Shown: one piece after another, positions 15,901-61,947 of the stretch
Layout: each line of letters starts with the position of its first letter
How positions within the stretch are numbered: the stretch's first letter is position 1
Assembly: GCF_009914755.1 (NCBI RefSeq)
Contig: NC_060936.1
From: the human T2T-CHM13v2.0 reference genome, Homo sapiens
Direction: 5' to 3' (one strand)
Length of the DNA: 64,000 nucleotides
Translations under genes and position numbers: made by a program
The notes under the pieces: generated by a model
The model's input: only the letters and a program-made list of their open reading frames with translations
What the model was told of the DNA's origin: nothing
Database searches by the model: none

Positions 15901-17003
15901 TGAATTGTTTTGTTTCACAATCATTTTAAATCATTTTAGAATGTACTTCACATTATTAGTTGTGTTATGGCATAAAGGTACAACCATTCCCTAACTCCAT
16001 CTTTTATTAATGCTTAAGTTTAAATTATATTCTTCCAATGCCTAAGCTATTCCCTAGAATTAAACTGGGCACTTTTGGAAGCAGCAACAGTAACAGCAGC
16101 AGCAAACTTTTCCTCTCATATTTTGGGTGTATCAAAAGTTCTAGACTTTTGAAGTTATGATTTCAGTGGCCCACTTTATTTCTAAGGAAGAGTGTCTACT
16201 TTGGAACGATACTTTGCACATAGTAGGAACTCAAGAAATACATTTGAATAATTATAATTAACTGTTTAGCTATCTTAATGAGAATTTGTTGACAACAAAA
16301 GATCATCCATCGCCTTATGTGTGAGTAAGATTGGAGCCTCTATCAAGATTTAGTCAAGTTCAGTTAGATTGATTCTAGAAACAAATATTTATTTCTTTCT
16401 TTTACGGGGATGTGAATAAGGCTTTTCCTTAAGGCCTTCATTCTTTAAACAAACAGGTTGAAATGGTATGTTGTAAAAGAGAAGACGGGAGAGAGGTATT
16501 TAGATGATAAGTGTACTTCACAAAAATGCCAAAGTTTGAAAAATAGGTATGTTTGTTCTAAATGTTTAAGTGCTTCTCTGTTAGGTTCTGGGGCTTGCAA
16601 TCATTTGAATTGTTCTGTTTCACAATAAAGGAGATTCACTGGGTTCTGCATTTTCAGGATTCAATAGAACTGCTCCATTAAAAAAATAATCCTTAGCAAG
16701 CATTCGAATCCTAACTGCTTTGATGCACTTGCCCTCGGGCACCTGTCATTTCCAATATGGTAGGTGTCAAAGTCAAAAGTATTTACTGGGAGAAAAAAGA
16801 GAGGAGTGGTTGTAGAAGTCTCCCTAAATCAGACATGTCAAGCAATCAGCCAACGTGGTGTATTTCTCATTCAATATTTTAGTGTGAATTGAGACACTGA
16901 GATAAAGACATCGTGCAGAGATAAATGGGGATACAGTTAAATGTAGCAACTCTTGAGTTCATTTTTTCCCACTGTAGCAAAATTAATGCTTTCTCTTTAT
17001 TGA

Positions 17004-17009
17004 AATAAA
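17004..17009 (+). terminator. APOLD1: APOLD1 poly(A) signal
   Basis: AATAAA with upstream TGTA and downstream T-rich tract; a second AATAAA lies at 16624-16629. Confidence 0.7.
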
Positions 17010-17289
17010 TTGCTCATTCCTCAAATTTTTTTATCTTTCTGTAATTAATTTCCTAGTTCTATGTTTCCTTGTGTATGAATTAGTAACTTTGAAAAAGGGC
17101 AGATGTTTAATCATTTTCACTTAGAATATTCAGATCAAACTATATGAATCATTTTTTTAAAATAATCAATGCATACACAGGAATTCCCTTTTGCCTAGAA
17201 ATCAGACTTCCAGCAGTCTCAAAACCTTTGAACATAATTACAACCTGGGAAGGAATTGAAAGGAAACCTAGAATCAGCCAAATTAGCCT

Positions 17290-17520
17290 TCACAACATCC
17301 AAACACTAAAGAGAGGTGGGCAGGGAGGGTGAAGGGCAGCATGTATATCAGGAAAGAAAACTTTCCCGTAAATCTCTGAGGGACTTCACCTTGCAAGCCA
17401 CCGATCTTGACCATGCAAGGCAGGCTGGGAAATGTAGTATTTTTAGCTGAGAACAACACTGCCCCTAATATACCTAAGATTCTCTTGGTAAGAAAGAAAA
17501 GGAGGGTGATCATTAAGTAG
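17290..17520. mobile_element. Old ERVL/MaLR-type LTR fragment (LTR33/LTR16-like)
   Basis: TGCAAGGCAGGCTGGGAAATGTAGT..TTTAGCTG signature of these LTR families; subfamily uncertain. Confidence 0.5.
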
Positions 17521-18742
17521 GGGGTCCAGCAATTTAAACAAAAAGCCTATTGTGGTTGCGGCAGCCAGTTGGGGACGACTACTCTGGAGACGACCTCACT
17601 ATCTCAGTGCCAGCTGCACCTTGGAAACATTCCTGGGTCTGGAGGCTGCACTGTTAATAACTGTACAACCAAAAAAGGCTGTGTTGGCAGGCCCCTGACT
17701 GTTTGCAGAGGCCAGCCGCAAGCTGGGATCCTATCTTTGCTGAAGCATATGGTATTCCTGTAGTAACAAGTGTCCTTTTAGTTAATTGCAATAAATCTCT
17801 TGTTGAGTTGACAGGAGGTTGGGATGTTACTTTTTGCTCCTGGCAAACTCATAAGAGGGAAAGTAAACCCTGCTGTGGTCTGGAATAGGACAAAGAGTGA
17901 GCCCTTAGATCTGAAAACAATCTCTTAGCAACCAGAGAGCTGTTAGGAGAGGGGAAATCGTGCTGATGAAGCGAGACCCATCGTCCAGGAATGCACATTA
18001 GGGGTCCTCAGCACCCCCAAACCTGACTAGCATTAGCACCGGGTTGTGGAGAGAAGGCCCTCTAATGTGGTCTTTGCCTGCACGCATAGAGATTATCTAT
18101 ATGAAGCTACATCTGCAGAAAATGATGTTTAATCCAATTTTGTATTTACACTAAAACCCCAGAGGTGGGAGGACAGGCAGGCCTGTGACCTGATTCCCCC
18201 TGAGCTTTAGCCATGGGTCACGGCCAAGGCATCTGCCTCCCTTACACACAGGAGCAGCCAGATCCTGGCCTCCTCCAGCATTTGTGTGAATACGGTTGCC
18301 AAATTCACCAAAATAATTATAACTGGGAGAAGCTACACAAAAAGGGTAGGGGTGATGTCTAAAGTCTTTCTTTTAGGCGAAACTTCTTTTTCTACGCTCC
18401 CCGGTTGATAAGCAGACATTTCTTTCTGCCCTCACTTTTTATTAAAACTGCACTCTCAAAATATCATTTAAAAACAATATTTTTTTCAGTGCTTAAATAA
18501 AATGACATTTCAATAATATTGAACATACATGTGGGATATTTAACAATAACAATAGCTAACATTTATTGAGAACTCACTAGATACTCTTCTAAGTACGATT
18601 TGACCTGTATCATTTCATTTACCTTACAAAAATCTTATGGTGTGCACACTATAATTACCCTATATTATTAGATAAAGTAAGGAATTTGAGAGGTTGCATT
18701 GCCAGCATGAGGTGCCCCAGAATTTGAATTCTGGCAGCCTGA

Positions 18743-20150
<1,408 letters not shown>

Positions 20151-20669
20151 TTACAGAATAATATTTTGTGATGCTCCCCCAAATCTCCCAAACATGGCAA
20201 AATTCTGGTGAACAAAACACCTGAAGAGGAAGGACATGATTTATAAGAACTTTTTGCTAACTGTAGATGCGCTGGAACTGAAGATATCAGTAGAGATGAC
20301 ACAGACATGAATGAAGGAATTACTGGTCGAACAGGCCTATCTAGATCTGATTTTAAAACCTCAAAAAATGAAACTTCTTGGGGTCATTCCATTGAAACTA
20401 CTACTGACCCTGCTTGCCAAATTTCTTCCTGTTGGGGTGTGTACTCAATTGCAGTCTAGTAGCTTATGGACTAAAAGTGTTGGAGGTATGTGGGTGAGTA
20501 GATAGGTATGAATAGGAATAAGATGTTGGGTATCATAAACTATTCAAAATCATAATGCTTTGTGGTTGATTTGAATTTAACATTGTCCCCTGAGGTTTTG
20601 CATAGCAAACACAGTTAGTTATTTAATTTTAATTCTTTCTAACTTCTCTGTAGCGTTTGACTTTGCTGA

Positions 20670-20984
<315 letters not shown>

Positions 20985-21218
20985 AATACCCAATTCTTAA
21001 AGCACCCTTTTTCTTGAATTCTGTGACACCAGCCTTTCTTATTTAGTTTCCTTGACAGCTTTTTTTTCTCCTCCAGTCTTAAGGTTCAAGTTTCCCTGAG
21101 CCTCAGACCCAGGCTGCCATTCCCCTGACCTTGTCACACAGCCCTTCACTGAGCATGTTCGTTTCCAGGGTCTCACCCGTCCTGGACTGGATGTTGGTAT
21201 GGATGAAACCAGCTCTAC

Positions 21219-21586
<368 letters not shown>

Positions 21587-22088
21587 TCATTGTCTGAATG
21601 AAAAAGGTTGCAGGAAGAGTGCACCAAAACAAAAGCCCTATCTGCGTTCCTACTATGCCATTCCTCTCATTGAAGTTCTATACCTGACTCCAGCCAGATG
21701 CAGTCTTGCTCTAATCTGAATGTCTAAGAGCAATCTGTGTGTCTCTTATGCAGACGTATCACTTGATACATTTTATTAAATATATATGTGCCTACCCCAA
21801 GGCTCTTAAGGACAGAAACCACATCACAGATATTGTTAAATCTCCCAGTGTCTCTTCAGCTCCTGCCACAGGAGATGCCCAGTAGCATTTATTGACTGAA
21901 CAAGCACAGTTTATCCTCATGGATATGCTGGCATTCCTTCTCAGAACATCTGAAGCTAAATTTATCTGTAAAACTGGCCCAGTTTCACAACTCTTCTACT
22001 TCTACCAAAGGCAACATCAGTCTGCCAGTGGCCTACCCGGAAATATCATCATCTCCAAATCTTCCCCTTTCTTACTTCTCTGATATAC

Positions 22089-24720
<2,632 letters not shown>

Positions 24721-24769
24721 AGAGAAGCAGCAGAAGAAAAAGTAGATATCTAGTTTGTGAGATGGTATA

Positions 24770-25288
24770 TATATTTTTCCTATAACTTCTGTAAAAAATT
24801 ACCAAAATTTTAGTGGCTTAAAACAACACAAATAATTTATTATCTCACAGTCAGAAGTCTGATGCAATTGTAGCTCAATGGGCTAAAATCCAGCAGTCGG
24901 CAGGGCTATCCTTTTTCCTAGAGGCGATAAGGGAGAGCGTGTTTTCTTGTCTTTTACACCTTCTAGAGGCTCCTGCATTCCCTGGCCTTTTACACCTTCT
25001 AGTGGCCCCTTCCTCCATCTTCAAAGCCTGCAATGATGGGTTGAGTCTTCTCACATTGCATCGCTCTGACATCTTCTTTTGCCTTTTCTTCCACTTTTCA
25101 AGACCCTTTTGACTACATTGGGCCCATTCAGACAATACAAAATAATCTCCTTATTTTAAGGTCAGATGATTAGCAACCTTAACTCTATCTGCAACCTAAT
25201 TCCCCATTGCCATGTGAGATAACATGTTCAGGCATTCCAGGGATTAGGATATGTGCATCCTTGGGGGCCATTGTTATTGTTTCCCACA
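24770..25288 (-). mobile_element. MaLR LTR (MLT1D-like)
   Basis: AAATTACCAAAATTTTAGTGGCTTAAAACAACAC...GGATTAGGA...TTGGGGGCCATT...CCACA is the reverse complement of the MLT1 consensus. Confidence 0.7.
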
Positions 25289-25504
25289 TGTTGATAAGTG
25301 CCATGGAGAAAAACAAAGCAGGGACAAGGGAGAGGGAGTGCTGGGGGGGAGAGGGGCTGGAAGTCCTTAATGACAAGGGATGTTTGAGTGAAGAGCTGAA
25401 GTTGGTGTTGGAGAGAGCCACAAGGGTATCTGAGTGTTCCAGGCAGAGGAAACGGAGAGTGCAAAGGCTCTGAGGCAGAAGCATGACCGCTATGTTATTT
25501 TGGT

Positions 25505-28674
<3,170 letters not shown>

Positions 28675-28679
28675 TTAGA

Positions 28680-29200
28680 AGCTGTTAGGGTTCTTAGATG
28701 CAAACAGCAGAACCTCTTCTAGTTAAGCAGAGAAGGACTTTATTAAAGTCTGTTAGGAAGCTCACAGAATCTCCAAGAAAGCAAAAGTCAGGCTCAAGGG
28801 CAATGCAGCCAGGAACAACACCTGCAGCCTGTTGTGAGATCACCACTCCAGCAGAAACCCCACTGCTGCTGTTGCTAGGCTAGGGCATCTCATACTGCAC
28901 GCCTGGCACGGGCACTGGACATCACAGCCTTTGTGCTATTGCCCCTTAAGCAGGACACCTCTGCCAATGCCTGTGTCTACTTCCTTGCATGACTCATGTC
29001 TGAACTAAGCTCTGGTGTGGGTGTGTCTGTTTGGCAGAGGCCAAGTCATGTGTCTGGGACCCAGGTGCAAGGGAGGGTGGAGAGTGAGTTTCTGGTTTCT
29101 CCTTCAAGGAGGTGAACTTAGAATGGGAGAAATTTGCCAATCATTGGAAAAGATAATTAAAAGATGTTGGGTTATCATCAAGCATGAGAAATGTCCAGGA
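28680..29200. mobile_element. Old ERVL/MaLR-type LTR (LTR33-like)
   Basis: TTAGGGTTCTTAGATGCAAACAGCAGAA...TTAAGCAGAGAAGGACTTTATT start and TGCAAGGGAGGGTGG motif; subfamily uncertain. Confidence 0.45.
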
Positions 29201-29401
29201 TAGCAGTTAACATTTTATTTATTTTAAATATTTAGATTTCAAACTTACTATATGAAATTCACATGCTTCTATTTTGAGTGTAGCTGGAAGCTGCTGTGTA
29301 TTATACTCATTATTTCACTGTGGCCATGGTATCAGGATTGTCAAGGAACTTTATAAATACCTCCATTTCTAGTAATTTTTTTTTAATTGTGTATACATTT
29401 A

Positions 29402-35677
<6,276 letters not shown>

Positions 35678-35866
35678 TAATCTTAAATATGGAAAAACCT
35701 CACTCCCTAAAAAACAAAGAGTGAAGTCCTCTCTGGTCTGCTATGGTTCCTGATCCCAATGCTTTGCTGTTTTACTTCAGCCAGGCAGCATTTCCAGAGC
35801 ATCCACTTCTTGCCAGGGCCTGTGCTTAGAGCCAGGGGTATGAAGATCATCCCTTGTCTCTTAGAT

Positions 35867-36423
35867 TGTTGGGGACCAGCCTCAACACCACCCGTAGGGT
35901 ACCCAAAGTCCGGTGGCAACAAAGGAATGAGAAGAGACAGGTTAAGAGTGCATAAAGAGTGGGGGCCGGGGGGCCAATTGCAAAATGGAGGCTGCAAAAG
36001 GCCCAGAGTTCTGGTCTTCACTCTATTTATTGAGTACAATCCCTTAGATCTAAGAAGCAGATGTTTAGGGTGAAACAGTGAAAGGGAGGCAGTATGTCAT
36101 AGGCGTAATCTATAGCAATGGCTGTTTAAATGAGTCTCCTTTGTTCTCAAACAGCATATCTTTAACTTATCGAAGAGTAGCTAGTGGGAGTGGGCTTAAC
36201 TAGGAGCCTGAACGTCTGTCCACATTTCAATGCTTCAAAGGAGTGTCTTTCTCCTTGAACACAGTGTTTATAGATAAGAGAGCAGGTTGCGCTCAGAGCA
36301 TGGGAACATAATGGCGATAAGAAGGCTTTCCTCCTCAGAGGCCTTTTGTGACTTGCCACAACTTATTGTCCCATATTTTTATGGCCCGTTTATGCAGGCA
36401 CCCCACAAGCCCTTTTCCCAACA
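35867..36423 (-). mobile_element. Solo ERV LTR, ERVK class (LTR14C/MER9-like)
   Basis: TGTTGGG...CCCAACA termini, 557 bp, 5-bp TSD TAGAT, minus-strand AATAAA (TTTATT 36026-36031); family name from memory. Confidence 0.65.
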
Positions 36424-36428
36424 TAGAT

Positions 36429-36901
36429 CAGGGGTCCCCAGCCTCTGGGCCATGGACTGGTGCCAGTCCGTGGCCCGTTAGGAGCTGAGTTGCACAGCAG
36501 GAGGTGAGTAGCAGGTGAGCAAGCATTACTACCTGAGCTCCGCCTCCTGGTAAATCAGCTGCGGCATTAGATTCGCTTGGGAGCACAATCCCTATTGCAA
36601 GGGATCTAGGTTGCGTGGTTCTTATGAGAATCTAATGCCTGGTGATCTGTCACTGTCTCCCATTACCCCCACATGGAACCATCTAGTTGCAGGAGAACAA
36701 GCTCAGGGCTATCACTGATTCCACATTATGGCAAGTTGTACAATTATTTCATTATATATTACAATGTAATAATAATAGAAATAAACTGCACAATAAATGT
36801 AATGTGCTTGAATCATCCTGAAACCATCCCCGCCCCAATTCTGTGCAAAAAATGTCTTCCACGAAACCAGTCCTTAGTGCCAAAAAGGTTGGGGACCGCT
36901 G
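36429..36901. mobile_element. MER1A-like hAT-Charlie DNA transposon
   Basis: TIRs CAGGGGTCCCCA...TGGGGACCGCTG; 8-bp TSD TCTTAGAT; internal GCTCCGCCTCCTG..ATCAGC.GCGGCATTAGATTC. Confidence 0.8.
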
Positions 36902-37125
36902 TCTTAGATGGTCTCCTTTTCTCACTCTTTCTACAGCCTATCTCCATATAGAGTTAGAGTAATATTTTAAATGTGTAGATCATGTCTCTTCCCTGCTCTA
37001 AACCCCCAGTGGCTTCCTTCTGCATTTAGGATAACATCCAAAACCCCAGACCTTTTACAACAGGGTCCTGCAGAGTCTGAGCTGAGCCCAATTCTCTGAC
37101 CACATCCTACCCTTTTTGTTGTTGA

Positions 37126-38465
<1,340 letters not shown>

Positions 38466-38779
38466 TACTTTTCACAATTTGAAATGCTCTGTGATAGCTT
38501 ATTTATGATCTGTCTTCTTTTTCTTCACGAGGGCAGGGGTCGCTGTCCTATTCACCAGCCATCTAGCATAGCCTTAGCAAATGGTAGGTTCTCAACATTA
38601 TTGAATAAAGTAATGACATAATAAAAAAATAGTATTGTAATATCAATCCGTTCCAAACTCTATGGTTAGAAAAGCGGGGAACATAACTGGCGACACACGT
38701 AGGGAAGGCTCTTTAAAAGGGACCTAAAGGTCAACTGGAGTCCCTGGTGATCAGCCCCTTCTGCACTCGGATCTATTCC

Positions 38780-38945
38780 GCAAGCCTACGCGCCCATATT
38801 CACTGGGCCCCACCTGCCTAGCGGACGGGTGCAATCCCCGGCAAGCCCGCAGGGGGCGCGCAGAGCACGTCGTCCGGGGAGAACTAAAACTACATTTCCC
38901 AGCATCCCGCGCGCCGCAGACCCACTTCCGGAGACCTCACACAAG

Positions 38946-38955
<10 letters not shown>
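38780..38955 (+). promoter_or_regulatory. DDX47: DDX47 TATA-less CpG promoter with CTCF-like, ZNF143/THAP11, ETS and YY1 motifs
   Basis: CCCGCAGGGGGCGC 38846-38859; ACTACATTTCCCAGCATCCCGCG 38889-38911; ACTTCCGG 38924-38931; AAGATGGCGGC 38943-38953 overlapping the ATG. Confidence 0.8.
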
Positions 38956-55133
<16,178 letters not shown>

Positions 55134-55532
55134 TCACTTTTATGAAGGCTCGAGTTCTGCTGTTCTGTAAAAGAGAATTGGAGAATGAAACCTGCTCCAA
55201 CAGAGATCATGAGACTGAAATTGGTCAGAATTGTGTCCAGAATGTGCTCAGCTAATTCAGTATTCTTCCCCATTCTGGGTTGGAGTTTACTGCAGAGTAA
55301 TTCTTACAGTGCTGATGTCAAGACTGTTACTGTTCTTCGACTTTGATTCCTTGCTCATGACATGAGTAGGGTGTGCTCTTCTGTCACTTCACACAGACCT
55401 TTTGCCTTTTTTAGCTGCAAGTCAAGGACTAGGTTGATGATGCCCATGACCTGTAATTGTAAAGAAGCTTGGACATCTGCAAATGATATTTAAACCATCT
55501 TGGCTTGTGCTTTATTCAAACTAATGTGAAAC

Positions 55533-55538
55533 AATAAA
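55533..55538 (+). terminator. DDX47: DDX47 poly(A) signal
   Basis: AATAAA ~400 nt after the stop codon, AT-rich flank. Confidence 0.75.
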
Positions 55539-55749
55539 TTTAAATATTATTTTTAAAAGATTCTAACTCCTTAAAGACCTTGGTGTTAAAGGGCCTTATA
55601 GATTTAAGTAAGATCTTGTTAATAGGTAAGAACCTGACAGTGTTGATTACATGGCAAATTCATTGGTTGTCCTAATTAAGATAAATATTTATTACTTAAA
55701 AAAATCAACAAGGAAACGAGATGATGGATGGCTTTGAAAGGGAAGCCCC

Positions 55750-57973
<2,224 letters not shown>

Positions 57974-58829
57974 CTACCACAGATGCATTTTAAAATGGGC
58001 ACCTGTGGGCAAGGCATTAGCAATGAATTGAAATACAGCGCATAACTTACTTTTTGTTTTGTTTGCTCTGAATTTCATTGCTGCTTATTATGGTACCTTT
58101 GTGTGAAGGATAATTTAGAGGAGGTAGGAGATACAAGGGAAAGGAAAGGAGAAAGGGGTACCAGAATCGGGAGGCAAATGGTTGAGCGGGGCCGTACCTG
58201 TTCCTATTTGTTATGAGTTGTGCCTCCCACTTGGGGCTAATTCTCCATTAACATTGTGTTTTCTCGATGGGACTCTCCAGGGTGGCTTAGGATAGCAGCT
58301 CTCTTCGAGTCAGCCCATGGATGCTGTTTCAGCTCAGTGGAGGACTTCAGAAGCAAGCTGAAATGGAATTGGTGTACCAGTAGGGGGTAAGAAGGAGAGA
58401 TTGGAATCATCCTCAAGGATGTCTGAACTTTCCAAATAGGCAGTGGTCTCTGGCCTGGGTTTGTGGACCACTGAGGAATATGCATATTTTTGGGGAGACT
58501 AAAAAGGTTAAAAACCACTACTCGAAAGCTTAACTGCCATCTCTAATGTATGTGCATAATTATGCTTTGCTAGGATGGGAAGAAAGGACACTAGTGAAAG
58601 AAATGTGGACGGGTGTGTCTTCAGGTATATTAACAGGTCCAGAGCATGGAGTCCCCAGCAGAAAATGCACAGATGCCATTGCAAAAGGCAGGAGGCGCAG
58701 AAATGAACGTGATCCACCAGTAAGTAAAAACAAGACATGTAGGTTTGCTCTATTAGTCAGTCATTCCTGTGCTCTCCTGTCCTCTAAGGTGAGATAGGTC
58801 GTGCTGCTGATACCCTTACAGAAGTACGT

Positions 58830-59642
58830 TTTAATGTCCTAGGACTACTGAAACAAAGTACCAGGAACTGGGTGACTTTCAATAACAACTTTATTCTCTC
58901 ATGGTCCTGGATTTTAAGATGTTCAAAATTAAGGTGTGGGCAGGGCCATGTTCTCTCTGACACCTTTAGAGAAGAGTCCTTCCTGGCTTCTTAGCCAGCA
59001 TTGCCCCTTGGTTGCCTGCAGTCCTTGGTGTTTCTTGGCTGTAGCAACATGACTCCGATCCCTGTCTCCATCCACACATGGCCTTCTGCCCCATATATCT
59101 TTGTGTCTTCACAAGGCCTTCTTAGAAGGATACTAGTTGTTGGATTTAGGGTGCACCCTAATCCACCCTGGCCTCATCTTAACTAATTACATCTGCGAGG
59201 ATCCTATTTCCAAATAAGGTCACCTGAGGTTCTGGGTTGATATGGTTTGGCTGTGTCCCCACCCCAATCTCATCTTGAATTGTACTCTCAGAATTCCCAC
59301 GTGTTGTGGGAGGGACCCGGTGGGAGGTAATTGAATCCTGGAGGCGGTTTCCCCCATACTGTTCTCATGGTAGTGAATTAGTCTCACAAGATCTGATGGT
59401 TTTATAAGGGGTTTCCCCTTTTGCTTGGCTCTCATTCTCTCTTCCCTGCCACCGTGTAAGACGTGCCTTTCACCTTACACCATGATTGTGAGGCCTCCCC
59501 AGCCACGTGGAACTGTGAATCCATTAAACCTCTTTTTCTTTGTAAATTACCCAGTCTCAGGTATGTCTTTATCAGCAGCATGAAAACAGATTAATACATG
59601 GGTAGACATGACTTTTCGAGGGATACTATTCAGCCCAGTACA
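58830..59642 (-). mobile_element. MLT1-family LTR split by a THE1 insertion
   Basis: AACAAAGTACCAGGAACTGGGTGACTT...CCTATTTCCAAATAAGGTCAC..GAGGTTCTGGGT / AGACATGA...ATTCAGCCCAGTACA. Confidence 0.65.
59238..59598 (+). mobile_element. THE1-type MaLR solo LTR
   Basis: TGATATGGTTTGGCTGTGTCCCCACCC...AAACAGATTAATACA; 5-bp TSD TGGGT. Confidence 0.85.
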
Positions 59643-59922
59643 AGGCATCTTTGTGGACTCTGCTACATTCTGCGGGGTTTAAGGTTGCAATTACGGAATA
59701 AAATGGTGGGGAGAACTAGTTACAAAGTGTGGAGAAGACAGGAGATGGGTCTTCAGAAGTATTTGGTTAGGTATTAATAGGAGTATAGAAGAACGTTAAA
59801 ATGTCATTCTCTTAAATACATGTAAATTGCCTTTGCAGTCAAGATACCAAAAGCTCTAGATTAGGAGTGGGGAACGAGGTCCCTGACCCCTCTGCTATTC
59901 CCTTCTTGGTACAACTCCTTAG

Positions 59923-60258
<336 letters not shown>

Positions 60259-61584
60259 AACTGTGAGCTTCAAAACAATCTTCTCCCACCCTAATTGTAA
60301 ACAGATACATCTAACTTTTATGACTTAATAAAGGGAGTATCTTGGAATAGTCATATGATATCAGCCCAGAGAAAATGTCTTCTTATTTCTCATCTGAATT
60401 ATAAAACTGATTTATATAGTATTCATTGTATGCAGTTGCAGTAACAATGGCTTCATGGTACTGGCTAGCCTAGTTTTACTTCCTCTGTACAGAGCTGAGT
60501 GAGGGTGAGAATGAGGAAAACACCTCTCTATCTTATGAAGGGGTCCTAGGATCCTAGTGAGAGGGTTTCAGTTGGATAGGCTATTTCAGGCTTAAAGCAG
60601 GCCCAGAATTCCAGGGAACCATGAAGCAGGTTCTCTGAGGGCACTCTGAGGGGATTGTAGTTGCTAAGAGGGGCCTAGACCAACTAGATCATGATTATTC
60701 TTTCTCAGTCTCTCAAAAAATGCAATGAATATCCCAGAACTTGGCTGGCTCTTTAAGGACATCTTGCTTACAGACAGAGTGTTTTCCAAGTAGCTTTCTG
60801 CCTGCAGAGGCATCCACAAACCTAAATTGGAGACTTTATCTACCTTGGGTCCCTCAAAACCCTGGGAAATAGGACCAGAAAGAACCACAGGCTGTGGTGT
60901 TGGTTACAGAAAATGAAAGGATCCAAGTTATCAAAAGTGGGTAACAAAGCAACATCAAAAAACTGTGTCCTTAAAACTAAGAGAATATACAAGACATTCT
61001 AATCCACATGGTTCTTAGGGTGAAATCTAGCCTCTGGGCAGATAAGAAATCAGGGTGTGAGTCACCCCTCTTTAGCTGGAATGACAAGAGACTCAGACCA
61101 TAACTCTAGAGATTGAAGGGTTACCCACACCCGCATTCCTTTTCATGCCTCACCTATCCCAGGTATGCACTAAAACTACCGCTAAAAATAACTGCAGAAA
61201 CTTGAAGTCTGGGAAATAGCACTGAACAGTCTCACCTGAAGTGAAGAGCTGATTGGTGCCAAGTGGAAAGGAGACAGGAAGAAAATGGGCTCCTCTGGAA
61301 CCATGCAGTCTCTAGGAGGTGGGCCCCAAGGTCTGCTCAGAGTCTTGGAGCTTTTGTTTGCTCGTAGCCATCCATCCCCTTATACCATCCAAACACAAAG
61401 GATGTCTCCTGTCACTGTCACCCTTCAATCATCTGCCAGTGCCGTCAAAGAGGCCGGAAGGAGCAGGAGGAATTGGGAAAGGAACAGGTGGGGAAAGTGT
61501 AAGTCATCGGACTGTTCACTGTTGCTGTGTGACCTTGTGGGAGTTACTAAACCTCTCTGAACCTTGAGTTTTCTCATTTGTTAA

Positions 61585-61947
<363 letters not shown>

